NCBI GenBank assembly: GCA_951406725.2
Contig: OX597842.1
Span: 3,348,001-3,412,000 of the forward strand
From: Octopus vulgaris
Lineage: Eukaryota
Length of the DNA stretch: 64,000 nt
Direction: 5' to 3'
Of the stretch, positions 14,093 through 25,888 are shown in pieces. The translations under genes and the position numbers were made by a program. The notes below the pieces were generated by a model. It was not told where the DNA came from and did no database searches. It saw nothing but the letters and a program-made list of their open reading frames with translations. Numbering within the stretch: the stretch's first letter is position 1; the number at the start of each line of letters is the position of its first letter.

Positions 14093-14398
14093 GAGAAGGC
14101 TAGCCACTGGATTTGGTTAAAAAGAGACGATGAGCGATGGCTAGAAGTATATTGAGTTCATCATAACCAGCTGATCTAGCAAGCGGGGCCTCATATCAGT
14201 GAGGGGGGCCGGTGCGCATTGATGCCGTCGAGAGGTAGGCCCCGAAACGGCGCGCATTCTCTCCTGATGACCCCATACACTTGCTAGCTTCCGATATACG
14301 GAGCTTTTAACTGGTAGCACTTGCATGTGCAAGTTGTTTGCAAGATATCGTCGAGAGAAATCCGCCCAAAGAAACAACCAACAAAACAATCAATTGAC

Positions 14399-14400
<2 letters not shown>
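14093..14400 (+). mobile_element. HERO-like RLE non-LTR retrotransposon 3' end (5'-truncated)
   Basis: 14093-14155 reads EKASHWIWLKRDDERWLEVY*, resembling the AExASxWLWLxR...W C-terminus of HERO-clade ORFs (recalled motif, not searched); structured 3' UTR follows. Confidence 0.6.
14176..14287 (+). ncRNA. Non-circularly permuted hammerhead-like ribozyme candidate
   Basis: Core CTGATGA (14264-14270), GAAA (14244-14247), GTC (14227-14229) with complementary stems I, II, III, closed by CTAGCAAG/CTTGCTAG. Confidence 0.65.
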
Positions 14401-14465
<65 letters not shown>

Positions 14466-14468
<3 letters not shown>

Positions 14469-14830
14469 TAGTTTTATTTTTATAGCGTGCTTTCACTTCA
14501 CTACCGAGCGCAGCTCTGTGTGCCTTGGGTATGTGCTGTGATTTGTTGTGATGCTCTGATGGTAACTGTATGGAAAGTGTTTTGCGTAGGATGTGTGCAG
14601 TGCCTAGTAGTGCAATTTTCTGTATGTTATATGTGTTTGTAAGTCCTGGTGTTTTTGTTATGTATTTGTCTGTATATTTTTTTATCATGCCTAATGCACC
14701 TACTATGATAGGAATTGTCTCTGTTTTCAGATTCCACATTCTGGTTACCTCTATTTCCAGGTCTTTGTATTTTGAAAGTTTCTCCATTTCTTTTAGAGGC
14801 ACGTTGTCATCTGCTGGTATTGATACATCA

Positions 14831-14832
<2 letters not shown>
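14466..14832 (-). mobile_element. R4/Dong-like RLE retrotransposon, 3' about 370 bp, in (TAA)n
   Basis: Near-identical to 30500-30874 (EKLSKYKDLEIEV...QKIALLGTAHILR); (TTA)n on both sides. Confidence 0.9.
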
Positions 14833-14867
<35 letters not shown>

Positions 14868-15050
14868 TAAGACGTCGCACAATATTCAATATCGTGATGT
14901 TGTTTTATTGAAGATATTGTGTCTAGCGGGGCTTTGTACTATCTGTCAAGTCACAACAAGGTCCTCGAACTAACAGTACGTTACACAATATGCGTGCAGT
15001 TCCAAGTAATGCCGATTTTTGTGACACACCTAGATTGATCTTTGGTACCT
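14868..15050 (-). mobile_element. Diverged R4/Dong-like 3' fragment
   Basis: Minus strand QKSALLGTARIV plus 3' UTR abutting (TAA)n. Confidence 0.6.
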
Positions 15051-15206
15051 CTGCATCTCCTTCTACGGCCTTTTTGTTCCGTCAGTAACAAGAATCTGGG
15101 GTCGATTTGCTCGACTAAAGGCAGTGCTCCAGCATGGCCGCAGTCAAATGACTGAAACAAGTATAAGAGTAAACGAGTAAAAGGTAAAAGAAAAAAATAT
15201 CCACTA

Positions 15207-15268
15207 AGTGCACCAGCATGGCCGCGGCCTTCGGGATAAAACATTTTTAAGGATTTAAGGATTTAAGT
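15207..15268 (+). mobile_element. Extreme 3' tip of the CR1-group LINE
   Basis: GTGCACCAGCATGGCCGCGGCCTTCGGGATAAAACATTTTT(AAGGATTT)n matches 11638-11686. Confidence 0.65.
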
Positions 15269-15311
15269 GGGGAGGAAGCTAGTTAAGACTGCAAGTTCAG
15301 TATAATCCATT

Positions 15312-15469
15312 CAGGAGTGGCTGTGTGGTAAGTAGCTTGCTTACCAACCACATGGTTCCGGGTTCAGTCCGACTGCGTGGCATCTTGGACAAGTGTCTTC
15401 TGCTATAGCCCCGGGCCGACCAATGCCTTGTGAGTGGATTTGGTAGACGGAAACTGAAAGAAGCCCGTC

Positions 15470-15519
<50 letters not shown>

Positions 15520-15735
15520 ATGTGTGTCTGTGTTTGTCTCCCTAGCATTGCTTGACAACCGATGCTGGTGTGTTTACGTCCCCGTCACTTAGCGGTTCGG
15601 CAAAAGAGTACGATAGAATAAGTACTGGGCTTACAAAGAATAAGTCCCGGGGTCGATTTGCTCGACTAAAGGCGGTGCTCCAGCATGGCCGCAGTCAAAT
15701 GACTGAAACAAGTAAAAGAGTAAAAGAGTAAAGAG
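15312..15735 (+). mobile_element. SINE family A, full length, near consensus
   Basis: Head, CORE-like domain, (TA)n(TG)n, tail with (GTAAAAGA)n. Confidence 0.92.
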
Positions 15736-16285
15736 ATCGAGAGGGAGAGTAGGAGGACTGGTTAAGAGTGGTTGTAAAAACGGAAGTGAGAAAGATATTG
15801 GACATCGGGGAAGAGGATAGAGGGGGGAGTAGGTTGATGCATCACCGCCGAGAAAAGATGGCTATTGCAGCGCTCCTTACAGCCAGAGAAAGACATAGAG
15901 AGAGAGAGAGGTGGTAAAAAGACAGAAAGACAGAGAGAGAGAGAATTTCTTTATTCCCCATAAGGTTGAGAAAAAGAGGGGACGATACGAGGAAAGACAA
16001 AACAAACGTTGGGGTCAGGGTATCGAATGAGACGAAACGTATGAATAAACAAATAATTAAAATATATACAATTAAATGAAAATGAGTAATTAACAGAAAA
16101 TGAAGTGGAGGACGCGGTTGACCCCACAAACCACATCCTCACACTGAAGACTTTGCTTTCTCCATTTTATATTCTCGTTTAAAGAGGTTCTTTCACTCGC
16201 AACATACTTGCTATAGACTTCCATTTTTAACGAAACACACTTTGCGACAGGCATTTCTTCCCCAGCCTTATTTTCCGTTTCATGT

Positions 16286-16326
<41 letters not shown>

Positions 16327-16371
16327 AAGAAAGAGAGAGAGAGGGGGGCAATACATGTGCCTTTAACAATA

Positions 16372-16965
16372 GGTTCAGCATGGTGGCAGTCTAGGTGTTT
16401 CAGAAGGTTGATTTCCCTATGACTGTATGAACGAATAAAGTGTACGTTTTAGAAATTTAAGATTTAAGCAACGAAGGAAGGAGAAATGTTTTAACTTAAT
16501 CTGAATCTAACGAAAAACTAGCTTACTGTTTTTTGAAGTGGTTTGTGATTGTGTTTTTTCGGGTGAAAATTTTTTACAATGTCAGCAACTAATCTTGATA
16601 AGTATTGAAGAAAGTGATAAAGAGAGAGAGAGAAAAAGAAAGAGAGAGAGATATACATACATACAGACAGAGACATAGAGAGAGAGAGTGGTGGTAAAAT
16701 GACAGAGAGAGAGAGGAGGAGGACAAAGAGAGATTACTCTCTGAAGATTACTTGTTGACTTCGTAAAAATCTTCGGCTGAAAATACACAATCTCAAACCA
16801 CTTCAAAAAACAGTAAGCTAGTTTTTCGTTAGATTCAGATTAAGTTAAAACATTTCTCCTTCCTTCTTTGCTTAAATCATAAATTTCTAAAACGTACACT
16901 TTGTTCGTTCATACAGCGATATGGATATCAGCTCTCTGAAACACCCAGACTGCTACCATGCTAAA

Positions 16966-16966
<1 letters not shown>
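16372..16966. mobile_element. MITE/foldback with about 220-bp terminal inverted repeats
   Basis: 16377-16596 is the inverted complement of 16744-16962 (e.g. GTTTTAACTTAATCTGAATCTAACGAAAAACTAGCTTACTG); TA at both flanks. Confidence 0.85.
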
Positions 16967-17033
<67 letters not shown>

Positions 17034-17057
17034 CATCATCATCATCATCATCATCAT

Positions 17058-17330
17058 CTTTGCACAGCTTCTAACGCTGGAGATGTGCTAACGTGTTAGC
17101 TGTTCACTACCAGTGAACTAAGGTAACACCTCTTATTTTTCGAGTATCTTCCAGAGTATTCCAGCGGTTCCAAACAGTGCTGTTCTCTGCAAGTGCTCCA
17201 CCCTCATTGCAGCCCCTATTTGTTCGACGTACTTCTCGAGATTTTTATTCAGTTCCCAGGGCTCTGACAGTTATTGCTCAGGTACTACTATCACCTTTTT
17301 CATCGACCACAAGCTAACCTGTCATATCTA
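17058..17330 (-). mobile_element. RLE (R4/Dong-type) retrotransposon 3' fragment
   Basis: Minus strand LEKYVEQIGAAMRVEHLQRTALLGTAGILWKILE then UTR and (GAT)n(AAT)n. Confidence 0.65.
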
Positions 17331-17352
17331 TTCACTTATTATTATTATTATT

Positions 17353-17562
17353 GAGTGAGAGAGCAGTGCATGCCATCAAAGTGACACTGGGGTAAAATAT
17401 ACGAAGCCCAATATACCCATCATGACTACCCGTCTGATAAGGGTACACCAGGCACATACATCACAACCATATGTGCGCGACATGGTGATCTCATATCAAG
17501 ATAAACAGCGCATGACCTTGCAGGTGGGGCCCAGTTAGAATTTTCTTCAGGTTGAGTAGCCC
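17353..17562 (-). mobile_element. Non-coding retroposon 3' end inserted in (TAA)n
   Basis: Homologous to 33297-33506; both end in CTCTCACTC(AAT)n. Confidence 0.7.
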
Positions 17563-17629
<67 letters not shown>

Positions 17630-18672
17630 TTTCCTTCTTTCTTCAAATTTTCTTCCATTTCTCGCCGAGTGTTTTCCGTGCACCTAGGGCAGAGAAGCTC
17701 GTTGTATGCATTTCCAGATTACACACGCAAATTCACAGGTAAAATATGTATTTAAAAATAAATAAATAAATTCATGAATGGATGTTGTTTTCACTACTCT
17801 TCTCAGTACATGAGTCGTTCCAGTTAACACGATCCTGATATCATTTTCAAATAGCTTTCGGTACCTTTTTTTTTTTTTATCATTCCAAGAGATCCTACAA
17901 TCCCTGGTACTGTAGTCGCCTTGGGATGCCGCATTTTTTTCAATTTCTATTAGCAAGTCTTTATATTTACTGATCATGTCAAATTCTTTCGCCGCTGTAT
18001 TGTGATCGCAAGGAATACTCATGTCAATTAATAAAAAAACATCTTTTTTGTCTGATCTTTTATAATAATATCCGGTTTATTAGCTTTTATAGTTCTGTCG
18101 GTCTGCACGGGTAAGTCCCATAGAATCGACACATTTTCTCCCTCAGTCACAGCTTCAGGATGGTGTTTATTCCATTTGTCAGCTGTTTTGATTTTATAAT
18201 GCCGACATATTGTCCAGTGTAAATACTGGCTGACTCTGTCATGTCTTGCTTTATATTCTACAGGTGCTAAGACTCTACACCCTGAGATTAGGTGGTCTAT
18301 TGTTTCAATCTCATCGTTACAGAATCAGCATTTTGGGTCAGCTCCATTTTTTATCACATTGGCTTGGTAGTTCCGGGTTAATAAGCTTTGGTCTTGAGCA
18401 GCTAATGTGAAACCTTCACTCTCTGCTTTTAGCCCTGAGCTTCGTAACCATTGATGCGTGTGTTTCTGGTCGACATCAGCTTGTTTGCTAGGGTCCACAT
18501 ACTTGCAATGCAGAGGTTTGTGTTCCCATCTGCTAGCTAATCTTTCATGTGCTTTTGTCTTTGCAAGTAATTTTATTTTCTTTGCAGCAGCAGTTGGCGC
18601 ATTTCCTTCAACCCAATCAATCTGGTAGGTATCTAAGAGATCAGTAGCGAATTTTTTGGTACGTAAGATCAA
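17630..18672 (-). mobile_element. R4/Dong-like RLE retrotransposon, second subfamily, decayed
   Basis: KPLH.KY, WLRSSGLKAESEGFTLAAQDQSL, C*FC...ETIDHLISGC knuckle, RHD, NKPDI, LIDMSIP, KYKDL; 3' end at (TAA)n. Confidence 0.88.
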
Positions 18673-18980
18673 GCTGGATCAAGCCTCGACCTCCCTGAGC
18701 ACTGGGAAGGTAAAGACGATCCACGAGTAAAAAATTTCATTTGACGAGCAACAGAGTAAATAATTTCCTTTAAGTTATTAAGATCGGGTTTTAGTTGTTG
18801 TATGATTTCTTGTGTAACGCAGTTGCCAATTGTTATTTGTGTTTTATGTTGGTGTGCATTTGAGAGTTTATAGAGTGGTTCCCTATCATTCATATTTGTA
18901 TGCCCTACAACTGCAACATCATTCAGAACTTCCTGCTTCATCACCATCATCATCATCATCATCATCATCATACAAAGATG

Positions 18981-19097
18981 GAAGGCAATAAGCTGGCAGA
19001 ATCGTTAGCAGGCCGGACAGAATGCTTTGCGACATTTCGTCCATCTTTAGTTCCTAAGTCTAAACGCCGCTGGGCACCACTTTGCCTTTTAGCTTCA
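18981..19097 (+). mobile_element. SINE family B, 5' part, diverged
   Basis: AGCTGGCAGAATCGTTAGCA..CCGGACAGAATGCTT matches head of 59282-59515. Confidence 0.6.
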
Positions 19098-20064
19098 AGA
19101 GTAAGGATTGCAAAGGTTTTAGGCCTTGTTTACCTGACAGAAAGCTGGATTCCTCATCACAGGCAGGTTTCATCACAAAAATACGTTTTGTTTACATTAA
19201 TAATAAAAAGTAAAGAACAACTTGGGATGACGTCATTAATAATGAGTCATAAACAAATCTGACTACAAACTTGCACTGTGATCGGTTGTCTGTTCTTGGC
19301 ATTTTCTTTTCTTTTTCACATTTATGTTCTTCATAACCGCTTTAACGGGAATCTGGCAGAGATTATGTCTAAGCTATTCCCGCAATAGCAGGAACACGGC
19401 GCAGTCGGGTTAAAACACATCATCCCTTTTCAAAACGTTACCATTTATTTTATTTACCATTTTCTGCTTAATACCTTTTCCCATAATTGTAAGAATTCTA
19501 AGAAATCCGCATAATTTTCTTTCTTTCTGCTCAAAAATATGAACCTTAATCTTCCAATTCCTTCGTGTAAATCCACTTCATACTTCATATCTAACACAAT
19601 TTTTTTCTCCCGTAGTCTTTAATTGATTAAAGATTACACTTACATCTCTAATCTCAGCGGAATATTCCTTCTTACTTCTTTTCCCTCCAAATTTTTTAAT
19701 ATCTTTTCTCCATTTTCGCCCAACATATTTCTATAGTTCGTTTCATTTAACCCATTCACAGATCGTCTGCCGTCCTTGAAATCCAATATCGTATGCTAAT
19801 ATTAAAATGGACGGTCTTTTTCCTAAATATCGAATTAAACAAGTCATAATTTTAAATTAAACCACTCACACCCAACTACATTTTTTCATCTCGCCTTTGA
19901 TCCAATCCTTTCGTTTCATTCTTCAATCAATCCTTTCTTTCCTTTCTTCCTTCTTCTTTTTTTTACTTATCGCCTTCCATCACTCTAAACTATTTTTCAA
20001 CACATACATACATACATATATAAAAAAATATATATATTCACATATATATATACATACATATATA

Positions 20065-20118
<54 letters not shown>

Positions 20119-20160
20119 CACGTATATGCAAATATATATATATGTATATATATATATCTT

Positions 20161-20197
<37 letters not shown>

Positions 20198-20333
20198 ATG
20201 CATATATATACTGACACACACGTATATTATTTCTTTTCGCTCAGGATCAGAAGTGATCAAAATGAACGAAAGAGTTCTATAAACAGCAATATACAGACAA
20301 GACATTATATAAGTATGTATATGCGTGTATTAA

Positions 20334-20384
<51 letters not shown>

Positions 20385-20404
20385 AAATAGATAGATACGT
20401 GTAA

Positions 20405-20435
<31 letters not shown>

Positions 20436-20467
20436 AATATATATGCATATAAATAGATATACATACA

Positions 20468-20517
<50 letters not shown>

Positions 20518-21592
20518 TCAATATATACACACATATATATATATACATATATGTATTAATATATATATATACATACATATATATACATATATATATATAT
20601 ATATATGCATATATGTATGTATTTATATATATGTGTATATACATATATGTATATATATATATACATATGTATATATATACATATATATATGTATGTATAT
20701 ATATATATAAGCATATATATATAAAACTGCTGAGAGTATACAATAGGTGCGTGCGCGTGTGTCTATGTTTAAAACGTCTATGTTTGTGTATGAATATACA
20801 TGTATATATATATATATATACATACTTATATATATATATATATACTTATATATATACATACATACTATATATATATATTGCTAATGACATTATACACCTC
20901 TATGCACACACAATTTAATCCATCAACAAGTTTTGCCGAGATTAAAAAAATGAAATCACTTGGATTACTTTAGCGAAAATAATATTGGTATTAATAATAC
21001 TGAAGTTGTTGTTGTCGACGGTGGTCGTGGCTATGGTGATGGCAGTGGTACGATGGTGGTGCTGGAGATTGTGTAGGAATGCGGGAAATGGAGATGAAGC
21101 TGGTGGTGATGCGGAAGTGGTGATTCGCCTCTCGAATTTCTACGTGTATAATTATGCTATATATATATATGGGTGTTTGTGTGTATGGAGGATTTGGATA
21201 TGTGTGTGAGTGGGTGTGTTTGTGTGTGCACAGGCTGTGATTGTGTGTTAGCGTATATGCACGAACGAACGAGAATTTGTATGTATGTATATATCTATAT
21301 ATGAATTTCTATGCATATATATATATATATACACACACATATATATACATATATATACATGAATATATAAATATCTACATATTGACATACATTTATAGAC
21401 ACATGTTGATTCATGCACACATACATATATATGTGTGTGTATATATATATATTTATGTCTATATTTATGTGTGTGTGTGTGTATGGGTATACGAGGTGTA
21501 TGTTCATATCTATGTATACGCGGATAAACACATACCCACCCACATATATGTAAATATATATTTATACATAAGTATAAATATATATCTATAAC

Positions 21593-21656
<64 letters not shown>

Positions 21657-22288
21657 AATGTATGTATGTATGTATGTATGTATGTATGTATGTATGTATG
21701 TATGTATATATTCCTGTATGTATATGTACATATATGTTTGTGTATTCATATGCGTGTGTGTATCTGCTTGTGCATCGGCGTATATAAACGCTTCACTGGT
21801 GAAGATGGCTGCCAGAAAAAGTTAAAAGCGAAAGTGAAAGTACCCTCACACTCTTCCCCCAATACGCGCCGCACCAATAATGAAAATAATAAAAATAATA
21901 ATAATAATAACAAAAATAATGCAAGCCGATGAATAAGCATAACCAAAGCAACGTATTCGGTTATTATTTGATATTTCTAATATTTACCGATTGTTGAATA
22001 GTGAAAGGCTGACGTGACATTGATATGACATGACCTGACGTTGGTTAAACATGACATCACGTGACCTGACGTCATGTGACCGTTTATATATGTTGGCCTA
22101 CATTTTTGTTTGAGGGTTTTCATGAAATGTTTCAGTTTTGAGCAATTTTTTGATTACATTTGATAAATCTATTCATTTTATTATTTGTTTGTTTGTTTGT
22201 TTGCAAATATTGCCGAGATTAAATATTGATATTAAATATTTTATATCTATCTATCTATTTATCTAACTACCTATCTCTCTTTCACTCC

Positions 22289-22330
<42 letters not shown>

Positions 22331-22341
22331 CTATATATATA

Positions 22342-22492
<151 letters not shown>

Positions 22493-22530
22493 ATATATGT
22501 ATGTATATATATATGTATATGTATATATGT

Positions 22531-22570
<40 letters not shown>

Positions 22571-23046
22571 CGTATACATATGTATGTATAAATGTATATA
22601 GATATCTATTTTTATACGTATGTCTAGGTTTGTGTATGTAAGTATGGATTGGTGAAAGACTACATGGATATATAAATGCTTGTATTTTTTAATGTATGTA
22701 CGTATGGATGGATGTTTTTACGTAGCCATGTATGTATGAATGTCTGTCTGTCTGTCCGTATGTTTTATGCATGCATGTATGCACGCACATAAGAATACAT
22801 GTATACGTGTATGCCTGTACACACGTAATTGTGAATGTGTGAATGTACGTAGCTACATATGTATGCCTCTCTATCTGTCAGTCTGTCTGTCTGTGTCTGT
22901 ATGTATGTATGAACGTATGTATATACGTATTTATGTAATTATATATGTATATATATATGTTCATGTATGTACATATATAAGCATGTAAGTGTCTTTATAT
23001 CTACAAATATTTTATTATAAAGTGTTATTTTTATATTATTTACCAA

Positions 23047-23215
23047 GACGTAAGAGTGGCTGTGTGGTAAGTAGCTTGCTTACAAACCACATGGTTTCGA
23101 GTTCAGTCTCATTGCGTGACACCTTGGGCAAGTGTCTTCTGCTATAGCCTCGGGCTGACCAAAGCTTTGTGGGTGGATTTGGTAGATGGAAACTGAAAGA
23201 AACCCGTCGTATATA

Positions 23216-23261
<46 letters not shown>

Positions 23262-23526
23262 TGTGTGTGTGTGTGTGTGTGTGTATCTTTGTGTGCGTGT
23301 GTGTGGATGTGTGCGTGTGGATGTGTTTGTGTATCTGTGTTTGTCCTCCCAACATCGCTTAACAACCGATGCTGGTATGTTTACTTTCCCGTAACTTACC
23401 GGTTCGGCAAAAGCGACCGATGGAATAAGTACTAGGCTTACAAAGAATAATTACAGCTCGAATGAAGGCAGTGCTCCAGCATGGCCACAGTCACATGACT
23501 GAAACAATTAAAAGAGTAAACGAGTA
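23047..23526 (+). mobile_element. SINE family A, full length
   Basis: Same architecture as 15312-15735. Confidence 0.88.
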
Positions 23527-23688
23527 ATGGATAAAGAGATAGTTGATAACTTAGACCCTCCTTCACTGAAATTCCAACAGCTTCAGCAAGGTAGTTATGC
23601 TTTTGCGATTGCATGTGTACAGGTATTTGGATTCTGCGCATGCGTAGTTCTCAATATTTTGCTGTATGTATGTATATCTATGCATATA

Positions 23689-24565
23689 CAGGGGCTTGAC
23701 AAATTAATGGAAACGCCTTAAAATTTCAGACAAATTTATATTAATATAGGGTAGAACCGCCTTTGGCAGTAAGCACAGCTTGAATTCTACGAGGTATGGA
23801 CTTGTACAAAGTTTGAATTGTTTCCAAAAGAATTTTTGTCCATTCTTCAGCTAAAACTCCAGTTCTTGTAGTGATGATGGTGGAGGATATTGACTCCTTA
23901 CTTGCACCAGAAATGTTCAATAATATTGAGATCTGAGGACTGTGGTGGCCAGATAAGATGTTCAACTTCATTAGAATGTTTCTCGTGCCATTCAGTAAAA
24001 ACTTTAGCTGTGTGAATTATCATCCTGAAAGATTGTGTTTCCCTCTGGAAACAGTTCCACACCCATAGGATGAATTTGATTAGATAAAATGCTTAGTATT
24101 GACTATCAATTCTGCCATGAAGGGAAACCATTGGGTCGGCAGATTTCCAAGAAATAGCCCGCCAGATCATCACTGATCCTCCTCCATGTTTAACAGTTGG
24201 AAGAAGGGAGTCTGGGTTAAATTATTCTTTTGGCTGTCTCCACACGTTTACTCGGCCGGTCGTTGGAAATAAGGTAAAGGATGATTCGTTCGAAAAAATA
24301 ACATTCTTCCACTGCTCTAGGGACCAACTCTGTAGGTTTTTACTCCACTCTAAACGCTTTGCAACGTTTGTTTTTGAAAACAGTGATTTTCTGATTGCAA
24401 CCCTCCCGTAAAATCCGCCTTTGTGCATCTCCTGGCGAACAGTTTCTTTAGAAACTGGGTTCTCGAGGTGATCATTAAGCTCTACAGTAATTTTGGGAGC
24501 TGTACTTGTGTAATCCTTTCCAGCAATTCGCGTAAGAGCCTGACGGTCCCTATCTGAAAGTTTTG
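23689..24565 (-). mobile_element. Tc1 (DD34E-type) transposon, truncated, decayed transposase
   Basis: Minus strand WKNVIFSNESSF, IFQDDNS, SDLNIIEH, SIPRRIQAVLTAKGGSTLY; TIR TA-CAGGGGCTTGACAAATTAATGGAAAC at 23689. Confidence 0.88.
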
Positions 24566-25175
24566 AATGAATTTTAATTACCTTTTTCTGATGATATGTG
24601 AAAAGAAACGCAGTGCATTTAAGTCACGTGTTAAGGAAATCTCTACAGATTATCCATAGAAATGAAAAATAAAGGAGAGAGATTAGTAAAAATAACAAAA
24701 TAGTAAAAAAATAATGAATGAAAACCATGAAGATAAGAATAAAGGGAAAAGAAAAGAGAAAAAGGAAAAATTAAGATATAGATCAGTCAGTGGTCAGTGG
24801 AGATAATTTGAAAGTAGGAGTGAGGATAGAGAGAGAGAGAAAGATAGAGGAATGAGGGGGAGGTTAAGAGGTAGAGGAATGATCAATGTGGAGTAGTAGC
24901 TTCTAATTGTAAGGCAAAGATATGAAGAATTAAGGAAATAGCAGTGTTTAGTAGTCTTAGAAAATATATATATGTGACGATGTATATACATGTATATATC
25001 AGATAAGTTACATATACAATCCTTATTGGAATGTCGCATATATACCATTATGCCTATAAAACGGATTTACAAATTTAATACCCATACATATCTTACATCT
25101 GTTTTCTTTCCTCCACCTCACTCTCTATTTGCATCACATCGAAACTAACTATGACTTAATTTTTCCTCTCACACC

Positions 25176-25227
25176 GTCTCCGATGAAGGGAAATTATTAA
25201 TTAATATCCTACAAACAGCTGTAAGAC
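25176..25227 (+). ncRNA. Degenerate hammerhead motif
   Basis: GTCT-CCGATGA-AGGG...CCT-A-CAAA-CAGCTG-TA-AGAC; palindromic helix III but two core substitutions. Confidence 0.55.
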
Positions 25228-25303
25228 CTTCTATCCATAAGTGCTCTAATATCTACACAGCCTTGGTTCTTTATCTTATTACGCAAAAAATTCTTATATA
25301 TAT

Positions 25304-25384
<81 letters not shown>

Positions 25385-25387
<3 letters not shown>

Positions 25388-25599
25388 GTTTCTTTATTGG
25401 CCACACAGGGCTGCACACAGATGGGACAAGTTACAAGGTAGAGCTTTTCTTTTGGAGGATGAAAAAAACAAGAAACAAAAGAAACAAAAAAAGGGGTGGC
25501 GTAGGTTTTCGATCAAGAGGGATCGTAAAAGGGAAGAAAAGAAAAAGAATAAATAAATAAAATAAAAAAGAAAAAGAAAAAAAGAAAAAGAAAAGGAAC

Positions 25600-25600
<1 letters not shown>
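25385..25600 (-). mobile_element. Retroposon 3' end inserted in (TAGA)n, possibly L1/Tx1-like
   Basis: Minus strand pyrimidine-rich UTR ending TTGTCCCATCTGTGTGCAGCCCTGTGTGGCCAATAAAGAAA; (TAGA)n on both sides; clade is inference. Confidence 0.45.
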
Positions 25601-25674
<74 letters not shown>

Positions 25675-25888
25675 TGAGGGGTTATCAATCCAGGCTAAAT
25701 TCTTCATAAGCTCTCTGTTGGTATGCTAGGCTAACAATATTACTTCGATTAGTGAAGAACTCCAAGTAATCTTTTGGTAGGGTCCCAAGTTATGGTTCAT
25801 CACAATTCTATATTCGAAATCCATGTATGGCCTTAAACAAACTGTTTTTTTTCATACAGAGTGATATATAAGAACCAATTTAAATTAA

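Noticed and set aside
15312-15385. tRNA-like A/B boxes in SINE heads
   Set aside because: No complete cloverleaf and they run into SINE bodies; not tRNA genes.
19270-19880. Coding-like minus-strand sequence
   Set aside because: Interrupted by stops and no diagnostic motif recognised; probably an old TE, unassignable without a search.
24581-24620. CTGATGA...GAAAC motif
   Set aside because: No stem II pairing and no UH site with a matching stem I.
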